DNA from: a virus | Taxonomy: Duplodnaviria > Caudoviricetes | Strand: one strand, 5' to 3' | Virus record (IMG/VR): IMGVR_UViG_3300032373_001135 | Coordinates: 1-45,603 of that record | Length of the DNA stretch: 45,603 nucleotides | Shown here: piece after piece, positions 26,477 through 35,878 of the stretch | Numbering within the stretch: the stretch's first letter is position 1 | Layout of the letters: every line of letters starts with the position of its first letter | The notes under the pieces: model-generated | What the model was told of the DNA's origin: nothing | The model's database searches: none | The model's input: the letters and a program-made list of their open reading frames with translations, nothing else | Position numbers and translations under genes: made by a program

Positions 26477-28159
26477 TCATGCCGCCCTCCGTTCGGGACC
26501 AGCCACAGCATTTACGGCCGCATGGATGGCGCGCTTGTTGAAGCCGAAGGTCATCAGCGCCGAGGCGCGGTAGCGCGTCAGGCCGAAGTCGTGGCGGCAC
26601 TCGGGCGGCAGGTATTTCAGCTGCTTGTCCGTCGGTGGCTGACGCAGCCATCCCCTTGTCTTGAAGGCGCTTTCATCACTCTCGTGGGTGTTGAGCCAGT
26701 CATCGGCCTGCGCGAGGCAGACGGTGCGTTCGCCGACGCCCAACAAGCGTGGCCGCTCACCCTTGGCCCCGCCGATGGCGTACCAGACGCCCTCCATCCA
26801 GAAGATGCCGCCCCAGGCGGTGAAGCCCGTGGCCATCAGCGCATCGTCCGTCCCGAAGAGATCGACCCATGCGAAACTGGACCGTTTCAGCAGATCGATC
26901 TCGGTCATGACAAAGCCCGAGAGCGGCACTGCGTCCGCGCCCGTCTCGCCTTCGTCCTGCAGCAATACCTCGCCGCAGAGCGGGCATTCGGTGGCGGCGA
27001 GCGGGATCTCCGCTGCGCATGCCGGGCAAGTTTTCGTCGGGGCCTCGCCGGTGCCGATCTTGCCATCCAGATCGACATCCTGTTCCAGCGTGCCGTGGAT
27101 CAGGCTCGATGTCCCGAAATCCAGCACCACGCAGTCGGTCTTGACCAGCCCCGGGTGCTCCTCCGGATCGACCGTGCGCAGCCCGCGCCCGATCATCTGG
27201 ATCATGGTGGATTTGTAGGAACTGGGCCGCAGCAGCACGACGCAGGACGTGGGCGGATGATCCCAGCCTTCGGTCAGCACAGCGACATTGACGACAACGC
27301 GTGTCTTGCCCGCCGCGTAATCAGCCAGAATGGCCTTGCGGGTCTCAGCCGCCAGATCGCCATGGATCAGCGCAGCCGTGATCCCCGCGGCCCGGAAGGC
27401 CTCGGTCACATGGTCCGCATGGGCGACGGTTGAACAGAAGACGACCGTCTGACGGTCCCCTGCCTTCTCACGCCAATGCCGGATCACCTCCTCGGTGACG
27501 GGGGCGCGGTCCATGATGTCCGCCACCTCGGTCATGTCGAAATCCGCGCTGGTCTTGCGGACCGACTTCAATTCCTCCTGCACGCCCACATCGATGACAA
27601 AGGTGCGCGGCGGCACCAGGTGCCCCGAGGCGATCAACTCGCCCAACCGCACCTGGTCGGCGACATTGTCGAAGACCTCGCGCAAACCCTTGCGATCGCC
27701 CCGGGTTGGCGTTGCCGTCACCCCGAACACCCTCGCGTCGGGATTTGCATCGCAAACCCGGTCGATGATCCGGCGGTAGCTGTCCGCCACCGCGTGATGC
27801 GCCTCATCAATCACCAGAAGATCGAGGCGCGGCATGTCGGTCAGGTTCGACGCCCGCGCCAGTGTGGGCACCATGGCGAAGGTGACGTCGCCGCCCCAGG
27901 ATTTCTCTGTCGCGTCGATCACAGATGTCGACACCTCCGGCACCACGCGCTGAAACTTGGCGCGGTTCTGCGCCGTGAGCTCGTCGCGATGTGCCAGAAC
28001 ACAGGCCTTGGCACCGTCGCCGATCATCTCGCCGGTGACCGCCGAGAGCATGATGGTCTTGCCCGCGCCGGTGGGTGCCACGCCCAACGTGTTGCCGCGG
28101 GAGGCGAGCGCAGCAACACTGCGCTCGACAAAGATTTTCTGGCGGGGGCGCAGGCGCAT
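26477..28159 (-). CDS. SF2 DEAD/DEAH helicase with zinc ribbon
   Basis: APTGAGKT, DEAHH, TATP, LTEGWD, QMIGRGLR, CPAC/CPLC; start MRLRPRQ at 28159. Confidence 0.9.
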   Translation of the reverse strand: MRLRPRQKIFVERSVAALASRGNTLGVAPTGAGKTIMLSAVTGEMIGDGAKACVLAHRDELTAQNRAKFQRVVPEVSTSVIDATEKSWGGDVTFAMVPTLARASNLTDMPRLDLLVIDEAHHAVADSYRRIIDRVCDANPDARVFGVTATPTRGDRKGLREVFDNVADQVRLGELIASGHLVPPRTFVIDVGVQEELKSVRKTSADFDMTEVADIMDRAPVTEEVIRHWREKAGDRQTVVFCSTVAHADHVTEAFRAAGITAALIHGDLAAETRKAILADYAAGKTRVVVNVAVLTEGWDHPPTSCVVLLRPSSYKSTMIQMIGRGLRTVDPEEHPGLVKTDCVVLDFGTSSLIHGTLEQDVDLDGKIGTGEAPTKTCPACAAEIPLAATECPLCGEVLLQDEGETGADAVPLSGFVMTEIDLLKRSSFAWVDLFGTDDALMATGFTAWGGIFWMEGVWYAIGGAKGERPRLLGVGERTVCLAQADDWLNTHESDESAFKTRGWLRQPPTDKQLKYLPPECRHDFGLTRYRASALMTFGFNKRAIHAAVNAVAGPERRAA

Positions 28160-28172
28160 GTCCGATTCCCCC

Positions 28173-28799
28173 TTACTGCGCCCAGCTCGGCCGCCCGGGG
28201 GCACCGGGGTTGGCTGCTGGCGGATTGGACGAGGACGTTGGGGCGGCAGCATTCTGCTGCGGAGTGGCCCCCGGCCCGGCGTTACCACTGAACTGCAGGG
28301 GCGCCGTTCCCATGACCTGCGCATAATCACGATGGTCAGGCGTGACCGCGCTGCGGATCTCGTTCTTGTCGTCACCGCTGGCATCGGTGCCGATATCGAT
28401 ACGCGCGATGAACTCGATCCCTTCCAGATCGGCAAAGCCGCTGATGCGCCGCGCCGCCTGCGCCCCGGCCGACATGTCCTTGTCGGAAATTCCGCGCGCC
28501 GAGTTCAGCATGCCGCGCACAAGGCTGCGGCCCATGTTGGTCCAATCCGGACCCTTGGGGCTGTAGAGCCCGATCAGCGTGAAGATCTTGCGCCGGGCAT
28601 ATTGGCCCTCGGTCACCGTGAACTCGCCGTTGAGATAGACAGCCCCAGTCGAGCCGCGCGTGGCATAGCCGCCCGTCCAGCCTTGCGAGGCATCGTCGAA
28701 CCCGCCGGGACGGATGGTCAGGCGCACCTTGGCCAGCGTGCCCTTGGGAATGAGGTTGGTGTTGCTTTGCGCGTCGTTGAAATCGTTCCAGGAACCCAT
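28173..28799 (-). CDS. Phage single-stranded DNA-binding protein (DUF669-like)
   Basis: Follows the Sak4-like ATPase; LIPKG...YL..EFTV.EG.YA.RKIF; low-complexity tail ending PSWAQ. Confidence 0.7.
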   Translation of the reverse strand: MGSWNDFNDAQSNTNLIPKGTLAKVRLTIRPGGFDDASQGWTGGYATRGSTGAVYLNGEFTVTEGQYARRKIFTLIGLYSPKGPDWTNMGRSLVRGMLNSARGISDKDMSAGAQAARRISGFADLEGIEFIARIDIGTDASGDDKNEIRSAVTPDHRDYAQVMGTAPLQFSGNAGPGATPQQNAAAPTSSSNPPAANPGAPGRPSWAQ

Positions 28800-28818
28800 G
28801 GGGAACCTCCTTCTATTT

Positions 28819-29694
28819 TCAGGATTGCGGTTGGGATTGGTCGGCGGCCGCCGGATCGACGGGCGGCTGGGCGTAGGTCAGGCGATCCGTCGTCGGGGCT
28901 GCGGGCGTCCGGATCTTCGCCATCAGGCGGCCGAGATGGGGTTCTTCGACTTGTGCCAGGCGGCCGGAGCGGTCCTTGGCCGGAAAGCCCCAGGGGTTAA
29001 TCGTCTGGCAGACGAAGGCGCGGTACGGATCGCCGCCGTCGGACTTCAGCTCCGCCATGGTGATCACCTCGTCGACGATCCCCGGCAGCTCGAGCCCGGT
29101 CTTGGAGCCATCAATCTGCGGCTGGAACACCTTGCGATTGAAGTCATCGAGCTTCTCGTCGAGGATCCCGACGAACCAGACATTCTTGGCCCGCGTGTGC
29201 TGGAGGTGGGTCAGCCAGCCGATCATCTCGCGGCCGTGCAGCCCGTAGGCGCCACGGACATCCGGCTTGCCGGTCTTCTCCGACAGCGCCTCCGGTTGGC
29301 CCTTGCACCACCCGAAACACAGCCGCCCGGCGACGGTGATCGAGTCAACAAAGATGGTGTCGTAGCGGTCGAGTGCGGCCGGATTGCCGAAGCGGTCGCA
29401 GACGGCGGCATAGTGCGCCGGGCTGTAAGGCTGCTCATCCCGCAAAGCCGGGTTGGGGCCGCCGATGAACACCGCGAAATCCCGGCACTCCGTCCAGGTC
29501 CGCGGCCGGATGCTGTCACCCGCCCAGCCCTCGATGGCGAGATCGCCCGCTTCGAGATCCATGAACAAGGTGCGTTCGGGATCGAGGGTCCAGAGCAGCG
29601 AGGTTTTCCCGATGCCGGATTTCCCGAAGATGCAGCCCTTGATGCCGCGCGGCTCGGCCAGTCGCTGGTCGGCGCTGATGATGGGGAGGCTCAC
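28819..29694 (-). CDS. AAA_24 / Sak4-like recombinase ATPase
   Basis: GKSGIGKT, DLEAG, FVDSIT, AKDRSG. Confidence 0.85.
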   Translation of the reverse strand: MSLPIISADQRLAEPRGIKGCIFGKSGIGKTSLLWTLDPERTLFMDLEAGDLAIEGWAGDSIRPRTWTECRDFAVFIGGPNPALRDEQPYSPAHYAAVCDRFGNPAALDRYDTIFVDSITVAGRLCFGWCKGQPEALSEKTGKPDVRGAYGLHGREMIGWLTHLQHTRAKNVWFVGILDEKLDDFNRKVFQPQIDGSKTGLELPGIVDEVITMAELKSDGGDPYRAFVCQTINPWGFPAKDRSGRLAQVEEPHLGRLMAKIRTPAAPTTDRLTYAQPPVDPAAADQSQPQS

Positions 29695-30179
29695 TGGTCA
29701 GCCCCCTGCGCGAGGATCTCGACCTTCAGCTTGCCGGGCCGGACGGTGCGCGCGGGCTCGAAGCCATGACGGATCGCCTCGGGCCAGGCGGCGTATTTGC
29801 GCTCGGGCACCCTGTAGGCCAGATCGACATATTCGGCCGGATCATCTCCGGCATCGCGGATCCGCGCGACCATGTCGGCCAACCGGTCCTGATCCCAATC
29901 CACCCGCTTCGGCAGATCGGCGACCACGGTGAAATCGCCGTCATCGAACCGGACGGTGCCGGTGTCCTTGCCTGCGGCTTGGCGTTCTTCGGCGGCAAGG
30001 GTGGCATAGCGGACAGCCAGTCCGGCATCGAAGCGGGTCTTGGCCGCCTTGTCGCGCTTCAGACGCTCGTCGATCTCGCGCTGCAGGATCGCCAGCAACT
30101 CGACCGGCAGGGCCGCGATTTCCGCTGCGCTGAGAGATGGCAGATCGTCAGGCGTAGGTGTGTTCTCGGGGAATGGCAT
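29691..30179 (-). CDS. Conserved phage protein
   Basis: GKDTGTVRF...DLPKRVDWDQ...VPERKYAAWP; GGAG RBS before ATG 30179. Confidence 0.7.
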   Translation of the reverse strand: MPFPENTPTPDDLPSLSAAEIAALPVELLAILQREIDERLKRDKAAKTRFDAGLAVRYATLAAEERQAAGKDTGTVRFDDGDFTVVADLPKRVDWDQDRLADMVARIRDAGDDPAEYVDLAYRVPERKYAAWPEAIRHGFEPARTVRPGKLKVEILAQGADQ

Positions 30180-30223
30180 GAAATGGTCTCCGTGATCGGT
30201 GAAAAGGGATTGAAATGCGGGCA

Positions 30224-30577
30224 TCACGCGGCCTCCTGTTCGGCGAGCAGCAGCTCGGACAGCGAGACGGCAGCGGCTTTGGGCTTGGGCCGGGCAACGG
30301 CGATGTAGGCGAACTGATCCGGGCCCACGCGCTCCTGCACGAGATGCACGAGACCAAGTTCAGCGGCCCAGAAGGCCCGCGATCCAAGCCTGCTCAATTC
30401 GGCCCGCGCCGCATCCGGCAGCCCTGAAAACACAGGGAAGATGTCGAGCACCAGAAAGCCGCGATGGTATTCCAGCCGGTCGCCGGGAACGGCTTGCGCC
30501 ACCCAGGCGCAGAACTCGATCTCGGAAAGCGGTCGGCTGGCGCGAACCGTAATAAAGGGTGTGGTTCCCATGAACAT
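30224..30577 (-). CDS. Conserved phage protein
   Basis: AGGAGGAG RBS; FCAWV.QA.PGD.LEYHRGFL...GLVHLVQ.R. Confidence 0.7.
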   Translation of the reverse strand: MFMGTTPFITVRASRPLSEIEFCAWVAQAVPGDRLEYHRGFLVLDIFPVFSGLPDAARAELSRLGSRAFWAAELGLVHLVQERVGPDQFAYIAVARPKPKAAAVSLSELLLAEQEAA

Positions 30578-30594
30578 GATCTCCTCCTTTTCCC

Positions 30595-30623
30595 TCTACT
30601 CAGGCCGCCGCGACATCGTCCCA
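30595..30623 (-). promoter_or_regulatory. Putative phage-sigma promoter TGGGACG-N15-GAGTAGA, driving the replication operon
   Basis: Identical bipartite motif with the same spacing recurs at 35619-35647. Confidence 0.6.
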
Positions 30624-31196
30624 GCAGGCACCGAGGCCATGGGCTGTGAGGACGTGGCGGAGATCGGCAAGGCGGCGGTAAAGCGTGGACCGGCTGCCGA
30701 AACCTTCGGAGGCGAGCGCCGAAACCGGACGATGTGCCAGTGCTGCGCAGAGGCGACGATCCTCGAGCGGCAACCGTGAAATCGCGGTTTGCACGGCCTG
30801 ATGCTGCTCAGTGGTGGCATGCGCTGTGGTCGCCTGGCCGTGCCATGCCGACAGACCCTCGTCCTGGCCGATTATCTCGGCGAGCGGACGCTGGTCATCC
30901 CCGTCAGAGGGCGCATCGAGCGACAGCAGCCCGCCACCCTGCGCCCTGCGTTCGCGCATGATCCGGATCGAGATCCGCGACGACTGGTTGCGCAGGATCA
31001 GGCCCGCGAATGCGCCGAGACTGCCCCGATCGGGATCAAAAGCTGGCAAGCGGCGCAGAAGATCAATCAGGAGATCCTGCCCCAAATCCTCGCGATCACA
31101 GGCAGGCAAGCCCAGCCGCCGCCGCAGCCGTCGGGCCGCGGAGTCAGCCTCGGAGATGATGGTTTCAATGTCGTCGGGGGAGATTTTGATCTGCAT
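30600..31196 (-). CDS. ECF-like RNA polymerase sigma factor
   Basis: Region 2-like DREDLGQDLLIDLLRRLPAFDPDRGSLGAFA; region 4-like LP.EDR.L...SRSTLYRRL. Confidence 0.75.
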   Translation of the reverse strand: MQIKISPDDIETIISEADSAARRLRRRLGLPACDREDLGQDLLIDLLRRLPAFDPDRGSLGAFAGLILRNQSSRISIRIMRERRAQGGGLLSLDAPSDGDDQRPLAEIIGQDEGLSAWHGQATTAHATTEQHQAVQTAISRLPLEDRRLCAALAHRPVSALASEGFGSRSTLYRRLADLRHVLTAHGLGACWDDVAAA

Positions 31197-31257
31197 CGCT
31201 GTGCGCCTCGGTCATCGTTTCTGATGAGCCCAAGATGCCGGATGCAGTCGGTTTGCA

Positions 31258-31297
31258 GGTGGGAACGGGGTGGGAAAAAAGTGAGGGTTTGGTGGGT
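31258..31297 (-). promoter_or_regulatory. Four direct repeats at 11-bp period upstream of the sigma gene
   Basis: Plus strand GGTGGGAA at 31258, GGTGGGAA at 31269, AGTGAGG at 31280 and GGTGGGT at 31291. Confidence 0.6.
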
Positions 31298-31512
31298 CTA
31301 GCCGCGTTAAAATGCCAATCGGGCGGAAGGCCAGTTACGCCTGTTCATGCCGTGATCGGCTCCGAGCCTGTTACCTTAGGCAGAAGAAGGACGCGATGGC
31401 CAAACCAGTTCGCAGCCTGTAACAAGTCCATGAAAGCGTGGGCCGTTTCGGATGTTCACATAAGTTTTTCATAGGCCAGTCCGTCAATCGACGGATACGG
31501 GAAATAATTTCG

Positions 31513-33114
31513 ATGATTCAGCCATATTTCGAACTTCGCGATGTGCGCCCCTTCGATGGGCAAACTTGGATCCCGCTGCGCCAGGCGGCCACGACGCAAA
31601 TTGATCCTCCAGCACCGACGGTCGTATCGTTGGAGGAATTCACTGGCATCGCTACCGCCGCGATCGAAGACACGCATCATGCTGCTGCCGCAAAGCTCGG
31701 CTGGTCTGACGGACTTGGTCTCGATGCGCATCGGGCAGGAGTCGAAGAGTGGGGCTACAAATGCGCCGATATTTTCCGTGATTGGAAAACCCCGCTTGGA
31801 ATAAATCTCGTAATTGACCAGTTCGTCGAGGAGGCCGGACTGTTGATATGGCACCTACACCCGGACCTCGTCGTGGCGCTCGGACTCGTGCTGGAAGAGG
31901 ATCGCTGGTTTCGCCCTGAAGAGGGCTGGGCCGAAATTGTGCGTCTTGAGCGCGATGTTAACGGCAAGCCCGTAAAGATCGAGATGCGTGCCGAGCATCT
32001 GCGCGATTATCTAGCCGCTCGCGGTATGGAGCTGTATTGCTCAAGTTATCATGAGCGCGTGATGGTGAGCTCTGTCAGACCATCCATACCTTGGGCGAAA
32101 GGCCACTTTGAAGAAACAACCGGCGACGATTTTCGCGAAGGTATTATAAAGAAGGCGGAATATCCTTACCCTAACGATCATTTTTGGTCGCGAGGAGCTC
32201 TATGGCGGACTGAATGGGTCATGGCCGGCGCAATCAGTACACGGGTCCGTGGCGACGCAGATCCGCATATTTCGAGCTTCGCGCTAGCCAATGACGGCAC
32301 CCGAGTGCCCGCTATCGCGCTCGGCAAGTCGATCGACTGGCTTTACTTCGCGCCGACTGTTGTGTTGCCGCTGATGCGCCATCGTGGCGCACAGCTGGGC
32401 TGGTTCTCCCTAGAGACCGGGTTGCTCGGCGCGACTAAGTACGGTGTGCACTTTGGGCTAAACACCCTCGGCTTGATTACGGTACTTGCGAAGGATATCG
32501 GCAAACTTGCCCCTTGGGAACAGCGCATCTGGGCAGCCCATAATGTGACGCCCGAAGGTGGGGTCTCCACCGAATTGTTCGCCGCGCAGATGAAAGTCGA
32601 CCCAGCTTCGACAATCGCGCCTGAGGCCCGGTTGGGAGACGCGATGACCGCACTCGATACGGCCTTTACAGCGAAGTACGGGCAACCGCTTCTGCGCGAC
32701 CACGAGACTGTACCGTCACTTCTGCGGCGTGCGCATCGTTTTCAGGCTGCCGAAGCCGACGGTGTGTTGGAATTAGCAAAAGAACTGACTCGCCTGTTCG
32801 CCGAGCGGGTCAATGTTGATGCGATCCTCACTATCGTCCCCCTTGCCAAGGGTGAGAAGAAGATCGGCTCACTGAAGGCGCTGGAGCGGCTGGTGGCACA
32901 TCACAGCTCGGCCGACGACGCGAAGAAAATGATGGCTCCATTATTCGGCATAATGGATCTCAGGATCGCCGACGCCCATTTGGGATCAAGCAATGTCGCA
33001 AGCGGTCTGACCCGCGCGGCAGTCAATGCGAAGTCACCGTCCGCGACCCAAGGGCGGCAAATTATAGGTGGCTTTGTCAACACACTCTCAGCCATCACCA
33101 CGACAGTTGCATAG
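31513..33114 (+). CDS. Accessory 533-aa protein with C-terminal HEPN-like Rx4H motif
   Basis: Long ORF antisense to its flanks; helical C-terminus SLKALE...PLFGIMDLRIADAH. Confidence 0.6.
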   Translation: MIQPYFELRDVRPFDGQTWIPLRQAATTQIDPPAPTVVSLEEFTGIATAAIEDTHHAAAAKLGWSDGLGLDAHRAGVEEWGYKCADIFRDWKTPLGINLVIDQFVEEAGLLIWHLHPDLVVALGLVLEEDRWFRPEEGWAEIVRLERDVNGKPVKIEMRAEHLRDYLAARGMELYCSSYHERVMVSSVRPSIPWAKGHFEETTGDDFREGIIKKAEYPYPNDHFWSRGALWRTEWVMAGAISTRVRGDADPHISSFALANDGTRVPAIALGKSIDWLYFAPTVVLPLMRHRGAQLGWFSLETGLLGATKYGVHFGLNTLGLITVLAKDIGKLAPWEQRIWAAHNVTPEGGVSTELFAAQMKVDPASTIAPEARLGDAMTALDTAFTAKYGQPLLRDHETVPSLLRRAHRFQAAEADGVLELAKELTRLFAERVNVDAILTIVPLAKGEKKIGSLKALERLVAHHSSADDAKKMMAPLFGIMDLRIADAHLGSSNVASGLTRAAVNAKSPSATQGRQIIGGFVNTLSAITTTVA

Positions 33115-33388
33115 AGGGTCCTTGCTTATTCCACCGGTTCTCCCCGATTGGTGAAACGGTTCAACGGTGAAAACGCTACGGCTTAAATCAAACGACCACT
33201 TCTCGGAACGCTGATATGCACCGACCGCATCGAATGACCCAAGGCTTTGGGCTGAACTCCATTGCTTGGCACAGCGGCTTTGCAAAGGTCACGATCTGCG
33301 CATCGTCGCCGCTCGGAGCTGCCCATGCTGCACCCGCAGGCAGTGACCGAAAGGCCCCAGTCGGCGGACTTCAATTGAGTGCAGCAGG

Positions 33389-34339
33389 TCAGCCCTCAAC
33401 CACGATATCGCCCGCCACGACACCGAGCCGGTAGCCCCGTCCGCGCACGGTCGCGATCAGGGCCTTGCTCTCAGCGTCCGAGAACCCGGCAGCCTTGAAC
33501 GCGTCGCGCAGCTCGCGGATCAAATCCTTGGCTTCGCGCGCCGTGGTACCTTCGACATGGGATTGGGAGGCAACCTGATCGCGAGACAGCGCTTTTTCCA
33601 GCAGGCGTTCGAACACAGGAAAAATTTGACGCGAAAGAATGACGGAGCGACCTTCCCATTGAACCTCGGCCGCCGCCTTCCGAACGCGGAGCACAGGCGC
33701 CAGCGGGACCGGCACCAGAGCCGCGACGTCGATTCCGACGCCAAGGCCGTTCGATGCGGGCATCAGCACCGCGAGCGTTTCGATCAGATGGAAGCCCGCA
33801 TCGTCGAGTCGTCGCGCGGCCTCCGCTGGCAATCCCGGTGCGAGGATCGTGATGTCTGAACCCTGCGCGGCCAGGCGCAACGCTGCTGCGATGCCGTCGC
33901 TGGTCAGTGCCGCAGGCTCCAGCGCAAGAAACACAGCCCGTCCCGATGACGTGTCACCGAGCCGCCAGACGTTGGCCGCTTCGAGTTTTGGGACTGCGCC
34001 GAACCCTGCCGCAGCGCCGATCACGGATGCCAGCGCCGCAGCGCCGATGCGGAAAATTCGCAAATCGTCCTCGGTGAGTCTGATGTCCTGTCGGCGGTCG
34101 AGCGGGCATTCAGCCCGAAATCCATCGCCCTGTTTCCGGATCGGCCGACAGGGCAAACCGCATTCGCAGGCATCGCAGACCTCCCAATCGGTGAGTGGCG
34201 CCTGCTCGACGAGGACACGTTTCGCCAGCAACCGGTCAAAGACCGGGCCAAAGAAGGGTGCAGCGAGCTCACCTGGAATGATTGCGTCGTCGCCAGCCTC
34301 ACTCAGCCGCGTCAACAACTGCAAAATCGTCTCGGTCAT
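33389..34339 (-). CDS. Putative transcriptional activator with Cys cluster and C-terminal OmpR/PhoB-type winged helix
   Basis: CDACECGLPC...C; C-terminal IRELRDAF...LIATVRGRGYRL. Confidence 0.65.
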   Translation of the reverse strand: MTETILQLLTRLSEAGDDAIIPGELAAPFFGPVFDRLLAKRVLVEQAPLTDWEVCDACECGLPCRPIRKQGDGFRAECPLDRRQDIRLTEDDLRIFRIGAAALASVIGAAAGFGAVPKLEAANVWRLGDTSSGRAVFLALEPAALTSDGIAAALRLAAQGSDITILAPGLPAEAARRLDDAGFHLIETLAVLMPASNGLGVGIDVAALVPVPLAPVLRVRKAAAEVQWEGRSVILSRQIFPVFERLLEKALSRDQVASQSHVEGTTAREAKDLIRELRDAFKAAGFSDAESKALIATVRGRGYRLGVVAGDIVVEG

Positions 34340-35540
34340 TCGTCAGCCCGTTCCGTTCGATCAAGGTCATCACCCGCGCCTCATGCTGGGTACGCCGGAA
34401 CTGCACGACGCCGGGCGGGCGCAGTTTGACGGTCACCTGCGGTTGGCGCTTTCCATCGCCCTTGAACAAGATCCGAAAGACGATTTCACCAAGGCGCCAT
34501 GATCCTGCAAACGAAACCGGCGTACCACCAAAATGCCGAAGCGCTTCGCCGCCAAGGTCGCGCGACCGCAGTGTCCGCGCTACGCGCGGATACCCCTTCT
34601 TGCCAGGTACCATGAGGTCTGCCGCCGCCTCGATGATCAGGACACGATCAATCATGGGATCGTAAGCATGATCAAATGCGAAATCGGGGCCCGCGAGTTC
34701 AACCGGTCGCAGCGTGTAGAGGTCTTGTGCATCATCACCGTCGAAAAAGCCGGGCCGCTCGAGGATGATCGCGGCGAAGAGTTCGGCGATCTTCGGCTGG
34801 TGGGCCTTTCTGATCCGGGCGAGCCGGAGCATGCCAGTGTTCTCGGAGTAGCGAAGCACGGCATGGGTAATCTGCCGTACGCTGATGACCCGCTCTTGCT
34901 GACCCTCGACGACCGGCATGGTCGAGACCATGGAGCCATGACTGACCACGAGGTTGATCTCGTCGCCATCGGCGTAATCGCCAACTCGGCAGTAATCTCC
35001 CAGGAAAGCGTCGCGGAACAGTTCGGCGACAGCCGTTCCAAACGCCTCGACCTTTTCCTTCGTCAGATCGATCGTGACACCCCGTTCCTCCCCGGCGTAT
35101 TCGTGCAGCCGATCTGCGGCGAGCATCGCCATGTGATCGGCGGCGGCGTCGAACAAGTCGGGATGTTCCAGAAATACCCGGACGGCGATGTGTTTCGGAT
35201 CATGTGCCTTGTTGGGTGCATCCTCATCACCGGTCTTCATGTCCGGAAACAGATCAATGCCCTGACGGTCGGCCTGGGTCTGGATGACTTCGAGGCCCCG
35301 CCTGTCGCCCAGTTCCGCAATCCGGTGGAGATCGGCCCGCAGACCTTCCGGATAACTGTCCTCGGCTCCCGTCAGGAGGTCGTGCAGCGCATCGCGCGCC
35401 GCATCGTCTTCCTGATCAAGCAGATCGACAGAGAAACTGGTGAATTCGCCCTCGTGACGGGCCAGCAATGCCTTCATAAGGATCAGATCAATTGTCTTCA
35501 TGAACCGGGGGTTCACGAACTTTTTCAAATTTCCGGCCAT
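34299..35540 (-). CDS. Conserved hypothetical protein (413 aa), first gene of the SOS-box operon
   Basis: Long ORF with AAGGGGA RBS; overlaps the activator gene; no recognisable catalytic motif. Confidence 0.75.
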   Translation of the reverse strand: MAGNLKKFVNPRFMKTIDLILMKALLARHEGEFTSFSVDLLDQEDDAARDALHDLLTGAEDSYPEGLRADLHRIAELGDRRGLEVIQTQADRQGIDLFPDMKTGDEDAPNKAHDPKHIAVRVFLEHPDLFDAAADHMAMLAADRLHEYAGEERGVTIDLTKEKVEAFGTAVAELFRDAFLGDYCRVGDYADGDEINLVVSHGSMVSTMPVVEGQQERVISVRQITHAVLRYSENTGMLRLARIRKAHQPKIAELFAAIILERPGFFDGDDAQDLYTLRPVELAGPDFAFDHAYDPMIDRVLIIEAAADLMVPGKKGYPRVARTLRSRDLGGEALRHFGGTPVSFAGSWRLGEIVFRILFKGDGKRQPQVTVKLRPPGVVQFRRTQHEARVMTLIERNGLTNDRDDFAVVDAAE

Positions 35541-35569
35541 CGCGAATCCCCTTTTCCCATGAAATGAAT

Positions 35570-35584
35570 GTTCATAATATGTTC
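35570..35584 (-). promoter_or_regulatory. Alphaproteobacterial LexA (SOS) box
   Basis: GTTC-ATAATAT-GTTC, an exact GTTC-N7-GTTC, about 30 bp upstream of the 35540 start. Confidence 0.8.
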
Positions 35585-35618
35585 TCGCCCATATGGCCGC
35601 AACCGTTGGGCCAACAGT

Positions 35619-35647
35619 TGGGACGGATTCCGAGGCCGATGAGTAGA
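35619..35647 (+). promoter_or_regulatory. Putative phage-sigma promoter TGGGACG-N15-GAGTAGA, driving the recombinase operon
   Basis: Second copy of the 30595-30623 motif, about 30 bp before ATG 35679. Confidence 0.6.
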
Positions 35648-35678
35648 AGCCAAGGGAGACAACCGTCCCGAGGCTTGC

Positions 35679-35878
35679 ATGAAACGTCCCAATCCGCTCC
35701 CGCCCGACCAGATGACGCCCATTGAGCGCCGCGCTGAATTGTGTGGCTTGCTGGCTCTCGGGTTGGTTCGCTTGCGGATGCGGGACCGGGGGGAAGTATC
35801 TGACGATATTAGAGAAAGTTTCCTACACTATCCGGCCGACGAATGGCGTCATGTAACTCCAACTCACCGGAGAAACGC

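Noticed and set aside
31454-31468. Possible second SOS box GTTC-ACATAAG-TTTT upstream of the HEPN-like moron
   Set aside because: Second half-site does not match GTTC.
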